From: Candidatus Woesearchaeota archaeon CG10_big_fil_rev_8_21_14_0_10_44_13
Lineage (GTDB): Archaea; Nanobdellota; Nanobdellia; Woesearchaeales; UBA12501
DNA length: 64,000 nucleotides
Direction: 5' to 3'
Assembly (NCBI GenBank): GCA_002762985.1
Contig: PCXZ01000030.1
Coordinates: 11,692 to 75,691 of the forward strand
Shown in pieces: positions 19,608 through 29,264 of the stretch. Each line of letters begins with the position of its first letter. Positions within the stretch are counted from its first letter, which is position 1. Below the pieces are notes generated by a model. The model worked only from the letters and a program-made list of their open reading frames with translations, did no database searches and was not told where the DNA came from. A program made the translations under genes and the position numbers.

Positions 19608-21180
19608 GAGCAAGGTTTCAGGGTATACTGCGCAGGTCATGATACTGAATATAATGGGGTTCATATTCGGTTTTGTCGTGCAACTCCTTATCGCATACTA
19701 TTTCGGAGCCAGCAAAGAGGTCGATGCTTTTGTAATAGCCAATATAATCCCCAATATGATATATGGTTTTACCAATGTCATGCTGATGACTTCGCTGATA
19801 GTTGTCCTTACTGATTATAGGATAAGATATGGTGAAAAGAGGGCATGGAGATTCGCAAGCAGCATCTTCAACATTTCATTCCTGGCTTTAAGCATCGCTG
19901 CAGCCATGATATTCTTCTTATCGCCTGTTCTTGCAAAGATAATAGCTCCAGGTTTTGATCCAGGAAGGATTGATCTTACTGTCAAGATGATAAGAATCCT
20001 GTCGATATTAGTGATATTCAACGGCCTTAGCAGCATCACAACAGGTGTGCTTTATACAAAAAAGCATTTTATTGCTTCCTCTTCGTTCAGGTCCATAATA
20101 AACGTGATAACCATATTCTCGGTTGTCTTATTAAGCGTTAAAATGAGGATATTCTCGTGGGCTTTCGGGGTCGTGCTTGGAGCAGGGATAGCCCTGTTAA
20201 TCCAGATGATAGTCATACTGAAAGACAGAGCAGATTATAACCACCGACTGAGCCTTGATTATAAGGGGATAAAAAAACTGTTGGTCATATCTTACCCCCT
20301 AATAATAACCTCATTGTTATTCTATTTCAATAAGTATGTAAGCCAGGCCATAGCATCCACTCAGCAAGAAGGTGATGTTGCGATATTGAACTACGCTTTT
20401 TTGATTGTATCATTCCCCGTATCATTTTTTGGGGGCAGCATAGCCACAGCAATATTTCCCTCCTTGACAGAGCACAATGCAAGAAAAAACAAGGAAAACC
20501 AGAGGGTTTTACTGACAAGCTCAATCAGCATATTGACGTTCATCCTGCTCCCATTGACGAGCATATTCATCGTGTTGAGGGTCCTTATAATAAAGTTGTT
20601 CCTGGAGTATGGCATGTTCAGCAAAGAGATAACAGCAACAACTGCGCCTGTCCTTCTTTTTTACTCTGTAGGGATATTGTTTTTCGGCATAGAGCTTATT
20701 ACAGGCCAGACATTTTATTCTATCGGTAAGATGAAAATGAGGTCAATCCTGTTGGGTTTAACATTCATAATAAATATTGCGCTTAGTTTCCTGCTTGTAG
20801 GCCCATTCTCAATAAAAGGTTTGGCTGCGGCAACAACCATCGCATATATGATCACGGTCCCATTATCAGTATATATCCTCTACAGATGCCTTGACATTGG
20901 ATTCAAGGAACTGCTTGTTCTTTTGTCTAAGACGATATTGGCTTCAGCGTTTATGGGGGGGGTTATTTTCATGGGTCTTAAACTTTTTTTGACTCTTGGT
21001 CTTGATAGCAGGGTTTATGCTGGTGCTGCTTTCATCATGCTTATCGCAATCGGTATTGGGTCATATCTGCTATTTGCAAGAATGATAAGATTAAAAGAGA
21101 TGTATACTACAAATGAGATAATAAGGAACCTGCTATCCAGGGTGGATATAATCAAGAAAGGTGCAGAAAAAGATGGTTAA
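19600..21180 (+). CDS. murJ: MurJ/MviN-like flippase
   Basis: AYYFGASKEVDAF, IIAPGF, DVAILNYAFLIVSFP, IATAIFPSL, GLAAATTIA; about 14 TM segments. Confidence 0.82.
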   Translation: MSESKVSGYTAQVMILNIMGFIFGFVVQLLIAYYFGASKEVDAFVIANIIPNMIYGFTNVMLMTSLIVVLTDYRIRYGEKRAWRFASSIFNISFLALSIAAAMIFFLSPVLAKIIAPGFDPGRIDLTVKMIRILSILVIFNGLSSITTGVLYTKKHFIASSSFRSIINVITIFSVVLLSVKMRIFSWAFGVVLGAGIALLIQMIVILKDRADYNHRLSLDYKGIKKLLVISYPLIITSLLFYFNKYVSQAIASTQQEGDVAILNYAFLIVSFPVSFFGGSIATAIFPSLTEHNARKNKENQRVLLTSSISILTFILLPLTSIFIVLRVLIIKLFLEYGMFSKEITATTAPVLLFYSVGILFFGIELITGQTFYSIGKMKMRSILLGLTFIINIALSFLLVGPFSIKGLAAATTIAYMITVPLSVYILYRCLDIGFKELLVLLSKTILASAFMGGVIFMGLKLFLTLGLDSRVYAGAAFIMLIAIGIGSYLLFARMIRLKEMYTTNEIIRNLLSRVDIIKKGAEKDG

Positions 21181-22930
21181 ACATGTTTTGGGCATAAGCA
21201 ACCTGATGGATTCAGGGATCACTCTGCTTGAAGGGCAGAAGATAGGCCTCGCCCTGAATGAAGAGAGGCTTGTGAGGAAGAAGAACATAGACGGCATTCC
21301 AAGCTTGTCACTAGGGCATGTAAATGAAAAGCCAGATATCATAGCATTGGCAGGAGAGGGATTGAAAGGCAACCCCCACAACTTCAGAAGATTTCTTAGG
21401 TTTTCGAGGGGATCTTCACTTGCGAATTATCCCAGGGATTTCTACGAGTTCATATCAAAAAGGAGGGATTCCAGGCTCTACTCAAAAAAACTGGTAGATT
21501 ATGCCAAAAGAAGGTTCAAGGGTTCAAAAATTTTTCTTACAGATCACCACATGTGCCATGCAGCAGGAGCTCATTTTGCCAGTGGAAACAGGGACAGTAT
21601 AGTAATAACTTCTGATGGGTGGGGGGATGGAATCTCAAGCGGGGTTTATCACGGGAAAGGCAAGGATATCGCGATGTTGTTCAGTTCTCCGTGCACAGCC
21701 TCTTTAGGCAGGTTTTATCTCGATATAACCCGGTTTTTGGGTTTTCGTCCGCATAGGCACGAAGGGAAGATAACAGGATTGGCTGCATACGGCAAAGTCA
21801 ATGAAAGTCTGCTCAAAAAATTCATGAAGATGGTAAATTTTGATGAAAAAAATGTGAGATTCACATCAGATGTGAAGAGATATTACAGATTCAGTAACCT
21901 ATTGCAGGATCTTAGGTGGAAATTTATTGTCAAGAAAGATTACAAAGAGAGGTATGACGGGAAAAAGAAGGCAGAGTTCCTTAATATCGGTGATTTTAAG
22001 CCCCTCCTCCTAAGATTGCCTGATGAAGACATTGCAGCCACTGCCCAATATTGGGTTGTTGAACTGATGAAAAGATATGTCACTGCAATAGAAGATAATG
22101 TGGGGAGAAAAGATATGTGTCTTGCAGGCGGTGTTTTTGCAAATGTTGGGATAAATAAGGCAATCCATGAGATATCATGTAAGAAGATTTTCATATCCCC
22201 AAATATGGGTGATGGTGGCCTGAGCATGGGTGCAGCTTTCCTTGCAGCTGCAGAAACGCAGGAGAACCCGAGATTTAAATTTGAGAATGTGTATCTTGGA
22301 CCTGAATTCTCAGACAATGAGATCGAGGATGACCTTAAGAGGAGCGGGTGTGAGTATCACAAAAATGAAGAGATAGAATATGAGATTGCAGAACTGCTGT
22401 CTAAAGGGAAGGTTGTTGCAAGATTCAATGGAAAGATGGAATTCGGGCCCAGGGCATTGGGCAACAGGAGCATACTTTATACACCCATAGACCGTTCAGT
22501 GAATGAGTGGCTTAATAAGAGGCTCAAAAGGACAGAATTCATGCCTTTTGCCCCGACGACACTGGGTAGATTCGGGCATAAATGCTATGATAACCTAAAG
22601 AACGCAGAAAATGCGGCCAGATTCATGACAATCGCTCTTGATTGCTCCGAGTGGATGAAAGACAGCTGCCCTGCAGCAGTCCATGTAGATGGTACAGCAA
22701 GACCTCAGCTTCTTAGGAAGGAAGACAACCCAGATTATTATAAAATAATAAGCGAATTCAATAAGATAACAGGATTGCCTTCTGTAGTTAACACATCGTT
22801 TAATATGCATGAAGAACCCATTGTGTGCTCGCCATGGGACGCGATAAGGGCTTTCAAATTAGGGCACCTGGATTATCTTGCCATTGGTAGGTTCATGGTC
22901 AAAAACAGGATAAGATCTGAAGGGAGTTGA
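21161..22930 (+). CDS. O-carbamoyltransferase (NodU/CmcH/TobZ family)
   Basis: NEERL, HHMCHAAGA, DGWGD, EGKITGLAAYG, LAGGVFANV, MEFGPRALGNRS, HVDGTARPQ, NTSFNMHEEP. Confidence 0.93.
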   Translation: MQKKMVKHVLGISNLMDSGITLLEGQKIGLALNEERLVRKKNIDGIPSLSLGHVNEKPDIIALAGEGLKGNPHNFRRFLRFSRGSSLANYPRDFYEFISKRRDSRLYSKKLVDYAKRRFKGSKIFLTDHHMCHAAGAHFASGNRDSIVITSDGWGDGISSGVYHGKGKDIAMLFSSPCTASLGRFYLDITRFLGFRPHRHEGKITGLAAYGKVNESLLKKFMKMVNFDEKNVRFTSDVKRYYRFSNLLQDLRWKFIVKKDYKERYDGKKKAEFLNIGDFKPLLLRLPDEDIAATAQYWVVELMKRYVTAIEDNVGRKDMCLAGGVFANVGINKAIHEISCKKIFISPNMGDGGLSMGAAFLAAAETQENPRFKFENVYLGPEFSDNEIEDDLKRSGCEYHKNEEIEYEIAELLSKGKVVARFNGKMEFGPRALGNRSILYTPIDRSVNEWLNKRLKRTEFMPFAPTTLGRFGHKCYDNLKNAENAARFMTIALDCSEWMKDSCPAAVHVDGTARPQLLRKEDNPDYYKIISEFNKITGLPSVVNTSFNMHEEPIVCSPWDAIRAFKLGHLDYLAIGRFMVKNRIRSEGS

Positions 22931-22940
22931 TGGATAAAAA

Positions 22941-23735
22941 ATGAAAAAACAAAAATTATCTGTGGTTATCGCTGTAAAAAATGAAGAAGACAATATGGGA
23001 AGGTGTCTTGACAGCGTCCGCTGGGCTGATGAGATAATCATAATAAATAACGGCAGCACAGATAAGACAGCTGAGATATGCAAAAGATATACTAAAAATA
23101 TCTATTCTTACCCTAAGAAAGCACTTATACCCCAGATACAGAATGAAGGGATAAAAAGAGCGACTAAGGAGTGGGTGATGATTTTAGATGCCGACGTCGT
23201 GGTTCCTGCTGCGGCCAAAAGTGAGATACTGGATAAGATAACAAGAGGGAATAACGACGGGTATTATCTCTATCATAAGCATTATTGTTTCGGAAAATTC
23301 TTATCACATAACAATACTAATGATATCATGAAGCTTTTTAGGAGAGATAAAGGGAGATTCGAGTGTGAGGCTGCTCACTGCCACATAAAGATAGAGGGAA
23401 GGATAGGAAGTATAAACAGCCCCCTGCTGCATTATGCTCACCCAGATATATCGACACAAGTCAAAAAAAGCAATCTCTACTCATCACAGGATGCAGAGAT
23501 GATATTCAGGACAGGAAAAGGCGGCCTGCTGAATAAGAGAATCAGAAAGATAAATATATACACCTTATTAATAGAGCCGGTTATGTTCACATTTTATATG
23601 TATTTTTTTAATAGGCTGTATAAAGAGGGCTTGCGAGGAGTGATATTAAGCATACTGATGGGCAATTATCTGTTCATGGAAAGAGCAAAAGTCCTGGAAT
23701 TGCAATTCAAGGCAATAAGTTCAAAACAAGGATGA
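22941..23735 (+). CDS. GT2 glycosyltransferase, WaaE/KdtX-like
   Basis: SVVIAVKNEEDNMGRCLDSVRWADE, GSTDKT, ILDAD, LLHY. Confidence 0.87.
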   Translation: MKKQKLSVVIAVKNEEDNMGRCLDSVRWADEIIIINNGSTDKTAEICKRYTKNIYSYPKKALIPQIQNEGIKRATKEWVMILDADVVVPAAAKSEILDKITRGNNDGYYLYHKHYCFGKFLSHNNTNDIMKLFRRDKGRFECEAAHCHIKIEGRIGSINSPLLHYAHPDISTQVKKSNLYSSQDAEMIFRTGKGGLLNKRIRKINIYTLLIEPVMFTFYMYFFNRLYKEGLRGVILSILMGNYLFMERAKVLELQFKAISSKQG

Positions 23736-23746
23736 GATGAAGTGAA

Positions 23747-25435
23747 ATGGTTTACGTACTGGGTATAACAAGGCCGTGGGGATTTAACAACGCCGCAGTT
23801 TTGCTGAAAGATGGAGAGATAGTTGCAGCTATAGAAGAAGAGAGGCTGAACAGGATAAAATATGCAAAAAACATGCTTCCAAAGATGGCCATTGAACATT
23901 GCCTGAAACAAGAAGGCATAAGAATTGAAGATGTTGACAGAATTGCTGTAGGCAGCGATTCCTGCCTGAAGACAGCATCAAAACAGGCGGCTTTGTTATT
24001 AAGAAAACCTTGGAACCCCTCGTTCATGCGGCTTCCATTAGAAGGGTATAAAGTTTTTAGAAAATATGGGTTCTTTAAGAGATACAAGAGAAAGATTGAT
24101 TATATAACCCACCATGATTCGCATTCTGCATCAGCATTCTACTGCTCAGGTTTTGATAAGTCGAACATACTGTCTATCGATGGTATAGGCGAGACCACTT
24201 CAACGGCAATAGGGTACGGCGTCAGGGATAAGATGAAACAGGTTGAAGATTATGATTTCACAAACTCCCTTGGTTTGCTCTACTCTTCATTCACGAAGCA
24301 TCTCGGATTCAGGGAGCACATAGATGAGTGGAAAGTGATGGGATTATCAAGTTACGGCAAGCCTATTTTCCCGATTGACGGCCTGATAAGATTCTCAAAA
24401 AAAGGGTATTCGACTGATACTTTCTACAGGTTTTGCGATTACCACAGATCCTTAATCAAATATATAAAAGAAGGCACTAAACTAAGGCTTGATGCCAATT
24501 TCACTGAAAGGTTCGGCATAAGGAGGAAGGAAGATGAGAAGATCATAAAAAGGCATACGAATGTGGCTGCTACGTGCCAGACAATATATGAGCAGGCGTT
24601 AATAAAACTGGCCACCTTCATCAATGACCTCACCCGGATAAGGTATTTCTCTCTGGCAGGGGGTTGTGCACTTAATTGTGTTGCAAATGGCGCATTGTTA
24701 GAACAGGATTTTGTTGATGACATATTTGTCCAACCGGCTGCAAATGATGCAGGAACAGCGCTAGGTGCGGCGATTTTGTCCTCTTTTGGGCTCGGAGTGA
24801 AGAAAAAGGCCAGGATGGAACATGTGTATTATGGTCCGCAGTATTCCGATGAAGAGATAAAGAGAACGCTACAAAGGAACAGGCTGAAATTTGATTATTA
24901 CAAGGATATTGAAGGAAAGGCTGCGGAGCTGCTGGCAAAGGAGAAGCTTGTCGGGTGGTTCCAGGGAAGGATGGAATTCGGGCCAAGGGCACTGGGCAAC
25001 AGGAGCATACTTGCCACGCCTACAAGGATCAGGATGAGGGACAAAGTGAACATTTCTGTCAAGCATAGGGAGTATTGGAGGCCTTTTGCACCGTCAATGC
25101 TCGAAAATGCGGCAGATGAGTATCTCGAAAACGCCCACAAAAGCCCGTTCATGAATCTAAACTTCAGGGTTAAGCAAGAGAAATGGGGGGAGATACCCGC
25201 GGTAGTGCATATTGATGGCACTGCAAGGGTGCAGACTGTAAACCGGTCTGCAAATGCCAAGTACTTCAGGCTTATAAGCGAATTTGAAAAAGAGACAGGG
25301 ATACCCGTATTGCTGAATACCTCGTTCAATGATAATGAAGAGCCGATAGTATGCTCCCCGGAAGACGCTACATTGACTTTCAAGAAGACAGGATTGGATT
25401 ATCTTGCAATAGGCAATTACCTGGTGAGAAAATGA
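23747..25435 (+). CDS. O-carbamoyltransferase (NodU/CmcH/TobZ family)
   Basis: AAIEEERLNRIK, HHDSHSASAF, DGIGE, EWKVMGLSSYG, LAGGCALNC, MEFGPRALGNRS, HIDGTARVQ, LNTSFN. Confidence 0.93.
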   Translation: MVYVLGITRPWGFNNAAVLLKDGEIVAAIEEERLNRIKYAKNMLPKMAIEHCLKQEGIRIEDVDRIAVGSDSCLKTASKQAALLLRKPWNPSFMRLPLEGYKVFRKYGFFKRYKRKIDYITHHDSHSASAFYCSGFDKSNILSIDGIGETTSTAIGYGVRDKMKQVEDYDFTNSLGLLYSSFTKHLGFREHIDEWKVMGLSSYGKPIFPIDGLIRFSKKGYSTDTFYRFCDYHRSLIKYIKEGTKLRLDANFTERFGIRRKEDEKIIKRHTNVAATCQTIYEQALIKLATFINDLTRIRYFSLAGGCALNCVANGALLEQDFVDDIFVQPAANDAGTALGAAILSSFGLGVKKKARMEHVYYGPQYSDEEIKRTLQRNRLKFDYYKDIEGKAAELLAKEKLVGWFQGRMEFGPRALGNRSILATPTRIRMRDKVNISVKHREYWRPFAPSMLENAADEYLENAHKSPFMNLNFRVKQEKWGEIPAVVHIDGTARVQTVNRSANAKYFRLISEFEKETGIPVLLNTSFNDNEEPIVCSPEDATLTFKKTGLDYLAIGNYLVRK

Positions 25436-26811
25436 AGACCAAGATTCTTTTTGTAGATGCGCATGATGCGAAAAAAAGAGTTGAATCAGTTTATCCTCCA
25501 CTTAATCTTGCATATCTTGCTTCATATCTGAAAAAGAATCTGGGATGCAAAGATTTGTCATTAAAGATAATAACAGAAAGATATGAAAAAGAGATATTAT
25601 CATTCTCTCCGGACATGATAGGGGTGTCCTGTGTAACACAGAATTATGGCCTTGCCATAGAGATAGCATCCTTTGCGAAAAAAAGAGGAATCCCGGTGAT
25701 AATAGGGGGAGTGCACATATCAAACCTGCCTGAATCATTGAACAGGAATTTCGATGTAGGGGTGATAGGGGAAGGAGAAAGGACATTATCTGATCTAGTC
25801 AGGCTTTTTGAGAAAAAAAGAAGTTTTCCTGAAAATGAATTGTCAAAGATAAAAGGGCTTGTCTTTTTTAATAAGAAAGGGAAGATTATATTCACAGGAG
25901 AGCAGGAGCTTATGAAAGATGTTGATGCAATACCATTTCCATGCAGAAGCCTCCTTGATATTGATAAAGAGACTATCTTCATGATGTCATCTCGCGGATG
26001 TCCTTATAAATGTTACTTCTGCTCTTCTTCTTCATTCTGGGGAAAGGCCAGATTCCATTCAGCCGATTATGTGGTTGATGAAATCAGGCAGGTGATGAAT
26101 GATTACTCCCCTAAAAAAATAATATTCTTTGATGACTTGTTTATAGCGGATCTGGGCCGGCTGAGGAAAATAGTCTCAAAGATAGAAAAGTCAGGAATAA
26201 ATAATAAGGTCACATTCCATGTATCAGCCAGAGCAAATCTGGTGAATGATGAGGTTATATCACTTCTTAAGAGGATGAATGTGAGTGCAGTAAACATCGG
26301 TTTTGAGTCAGGATCAGATGAGACACTTAGGTACCTTAAAGGGAGCGCAATTTCGGTCAAAGACAATATAAATGCGATATCCTTGCTGAAGAAGTCGGGA
26401 ATCTTTATTGCAGGATCATTTGTTATGGGGTGCCCTATTGACAGCAAAAAGACCATAATGGACACATATAGATTCATCAAAAAACACAAGATTAATGATT
26501 TTGCAGTGTATGTGCTGACCCCATTTCCTAAGACAAAGGCATGGGATTATGCATTATCAAAGGGGCTTGTCTCAAATGATATGGATTTCTCAAGGCTTTC
26601 TATTGATTATGAGGGGGATTATAGGGACAAGATAACTATCTGCCCAAACATGTCAAAAAATGAAATCTACTCGGTTTACAGGAAATTTCTGAGATTGCAT
26701 ACTTTCAGGAGGGTTATGTCTGCAGTTGATATGGCATTCAAAAGGCCAAAAGATTTGATGAAGGCAGTTAATCGAAGGCTCAGGTTTAGGGATATTGGAG
26801 GGTATAATTGA
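25432..26811 (+). CDS. Cobalamin-dependent radical SAM protein
   Basis: Likely start MKTKIL at 25432 (ATGA overlap with upstream stop); PPLNLAYLASY, GGVHIS, GEGE; SSRGCPYKCYFC; GFESGS. Confidence 0.92.
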   Translation: MKTKILFVDAHDAKKRVESVYPPLNLAYLASYLKKNLGCKDLSLKIITERYEKEILSFSPDMIGVSCVTQNYGLAIEIASFAKKRGIPVIIGGVHISNLPESLNRNFDVGVIGEGERTLSDLVRLFEKKRSFPENELSKIKGLVFFNKKGKIIFTGEQELMKDVDAIPFPCRSLLDIDKETIFMMSSRGCPYKCYFCSSSSFWGKARFHSADYVVDEIRQVMNDYSPKKIIFFDDLFIADLGRLRKIVSKIEKSGINNKVTFHVSARANLVNDEVISLLKRMNVSAVNIGFESGSDETLRYLKGSAISVKDNINAISLLKKSGIFIAGSFVMGCPIDSKKTIMDTYRFIKKHKINDFAVYVLTPFPKTKAWDYALSKGLVSNDMDFSRLSIDYEGDYRDKITICPNMSKNEIYSVYRKFLRLHTFRRVMSAVDMAFKRPKDLMKAVNRRLRFRDIGGYN

Positions 26812-26854
26812 GCAGAGGGGGTTGGATTATTGGAATAATTAAATAATCAAACCG

Positions 26855-27991
26855 GTGCGTGAGAGGAAAAACATCATGAACAAGAAAGATAATAGGAAGA
26901 GGAAATCAGTTGCCATAATAATCTTAAATTGGAATGGGTGGAAAGATACAATTGAATGTCTGGAAAGCCTTTTTAAGATAGATTATCCTGATTATGATGT
27001 AGTTATTGTAGATAACAACTCAACAAATGGTTCTGTAGACAAGATAAAAGGATATCTTAAAGGAAAAACAGTAGTGAATTCAAAGTATTTCTCATATGAC
27101 CAGTCAAATAAGCCATTGAAATATATTGAAGTTGATGAAGAGTATATAAAGCCAGGAAAATGGGGGCATAAGGCGGTACGTGAAGGGGTATGCAGTCTTT
27201 TCAACGACATTTTTGACAGAAAAGGGAATATTATTATTATAAAGAACAAGCACAATTATGGCTTTGCGGAGGGGAATAATGTCGCAATTGACTTGATATT
27301 AAGGATGGGAAAACATGATTATATTAATCTCCTAAACAATGACACAATTGTTGAAAGAGAGTATCTTAAATTCTTGATAGAGTGTTTTGAAAAGAATAAA
27401 AGGGTAGGAATGACTGGGCCAAAGATATATTTCTATGATTATGAAGGAAAGGATGCAAAGAATAAGGACAAAGAAGAGGGTAATGATGATATAAGGATAT
27501 GGTTTGGGGGGGCAAAAAGGGATTATATCAAAGGATCATTCAAGCAGGAAGGATTATGTAAGGAGGATTCCCCAGAATCCAATATCATGAAAGAAGTGCC
27601 GTTCATAACCGGCTGCTGCCAGCTTATAAAGAGTGAGGTATTCAGAAAAGTGGGCTTGTATCCCGCAGACTATTATCTTTATTTTGACGATGTAGACTTC
27701 TGTCAGAGAGTAGGTGGTAAGTTTAAGATGGTATACTGCCCAAAGAGCGTGATATACCATAAGGTGAGCTCTTCTATAAAAAGCGACCGCCCAAAGCACA
27801 TATATTATTTTAACAGGGCAAGGCTGATATACCTCATGAAAAACTTCAATCTATCAAACCTTATCCCCCTCATGTTTTTTGCGATGTCAAGGTCTTTTTT
27901 AATAACATATTACTTATTTACAAATAAGAGGGATAATCTTACGGCATTGTTCAGGTCATTTTTAATATGGAAAGAGAGGGTAGAATATTGA
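26855..27991 (+). CDS. GT2 glycosyltransferase
   Basis: IIILNWNGWKDTIECLESL, VDNNSTNGS, NYGFAEGNN, LLNNDT, YFDDVD; the start may be ATG 26876. Confidence 0.9.
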   Translation: MRERKNIMNKKDNRKRKSVAIIILNWNGWKDTIECLESLFKIDYPDYDVVIVDNNSTNGSVDKIKGYLKGKTVVNSKYFSYDQSNKPLKYIEVDEEYIKPGKWGHKAVREGVCSLFNDIFDRKGNIIIIKNKHNYGFAEGNNVAIDLILRMGKHDYINLLNNDTIVEREYLKFLIECFEKNKRVGMTGPKIYFYDYEGKDAKNKDKEEGNDDIRIWFGGAKRDYIKGSFKQEGLCKEDSPESNIMKEVPFITGCCQLIKSEVFRKVGLYPADYYLYFDDVDFCQRVGGKFKMVYCPKSVIYHKVSSSIKSDRPKHIYYFNRARLIYLMKNFNLSNLIPLMFFAMSRSFLITYYLFTNKRDNLTALFRSFLIWKERVEY

Positions 27992-28067
27992 AGGTATTAA
28001 ATGCGTGATGATGGATCGACAAGAGATTTTTAAAATGTAAGAGAATTAAAAGTATGAGAATGAAAAA

Positions 28068-29264
28068 ATGAAGATTTGTTTTATCGCCCCGTCATACAAC
28101 CGGAAAGAATGCGGTGTAGCAGATTATACGGGCATACTTGCAGATAGATTGAGAAACGAAGGCCATGAGACCTCCATAATTGCATCGGATGGCCATGTGG
28201 AAGACAGCCGCAGAATAAAAGGGATAAGAATATACCCCTTAGGCAAGAGGTGGGGGTTTAGGGATTATATCAAGATATCGAGGCTGATGAAAGAAATCAA
28301 ACCAGACATCCTCCATATACAATACCAAAGCTTTAACTGCAATAACAATCCGATGATCAATGCATTGCCTTGGCTATTGAAGTACAGGTTTAAAAAAAAC
28401 AAGATGAAGATAATTGTGACATTGCATGACCTTAGCGCACCTTTCTTCATGGGCATAAATGCAAGGATTTTCAGAAAGATAGGCCAAGCAATCTGGCTTA
28501 CGTTAATCATGCTTTATTGCGATTCATTTGCGATGTCGAATGAATATGAATGGATGATTGTAGAGAGGAGCATGCCTGGTTTTTTACATGAAAAGATAAA
28601 AAGAAAATTCTATCTAATTCCCATCCCGTCAAGCGTACCTGTGCTAAAAATGAGTGAGAACGATATTAATCTGAAAAGAAGAGAGATGGGGTTCAAGGCA
28701 GACGAGAAAGCGGTCATCTTTTTTGGATTTGTCAGGTCAGGCAAGGGAATAGATATCCTTCTTCGCTCGATGGGGGGTATCATCCAAAGAGGGTATAAAG
28801 TGAAACTGGTGGTATTAGGGGGGGTGTATGAGAAAGAGTACCATAAGGTGATGTTAAGATTATCTAAACAGATGGGCATATCTAAAAATGTTTTGTGGAC
28901 AGGTTATAGGTCGCAGAAGGAGACATCTGAAATGCTCCATACGGGTGAGATTTGCGTGATGCCTTATGAAGATGGGGTTGCAACTTATAGAAGCAGTTTT
29001 TCCACTGTGGCAGAACATGGCCTTCCGACAATCACTACAAAAGGAAAGATTATACCTAAAGGATTAAAGGATGGATTTAATGTATTATTATTTGAAGCGA
29101 AGGATAATGCAACCCTGACAAGATTGATCGTTTCCCTTCTTGATGATGAGAAGATGAGAGAAAATCTTGCCAAAAACATAAAAAGATACTCACATACCTT
29201 ATCTTGGGAAAACACCATAAGAAGGATTGAGAAGATGTATGGAATGTGTGCAAAGGAAAAATGA
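28068..29264 (+). CDS. GT4 glycosyltransferase
   Basis: CGVADYT, PDILHIQY, VTLHD, FGFVRSGKGID, GT-B C-terminal domain. Confidence 0.88.
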   Translation: MKICFIAPSYNRKECGVADYTGILADRLRNEGHETSIIASDGHVEDSRRIKGIRIYPLGKRWGFRDYIKISRLMKEIKPDILHIQYQSFNCNNNPMINALPWLLKYRFKKNKMKIIVTLHDLSAPFFMGINARIFRKIGQAIWLTLIMLYCDSFAMSNEYEWMIVERSMPGFLHEKIKRKFYLIPIPSSVPVLKMSENDINLKRREMGFKADEKAVIFFGFVRSGKGIDILLRSMGGIIQRGYKVKLVVLGGVYEKEYHKVMLRLSKQMGISKNVLWTGYRSQKETSEMLHTGEICVMPYEDGVATYRSSFSTVAEHGLPTITTKGKIIPKGLKDGFNVLLFEAKDNATLTRLIVSLLDDEKMRENLAKNIKRYSHTLSWENTIRRIEKMYGMCAKEK

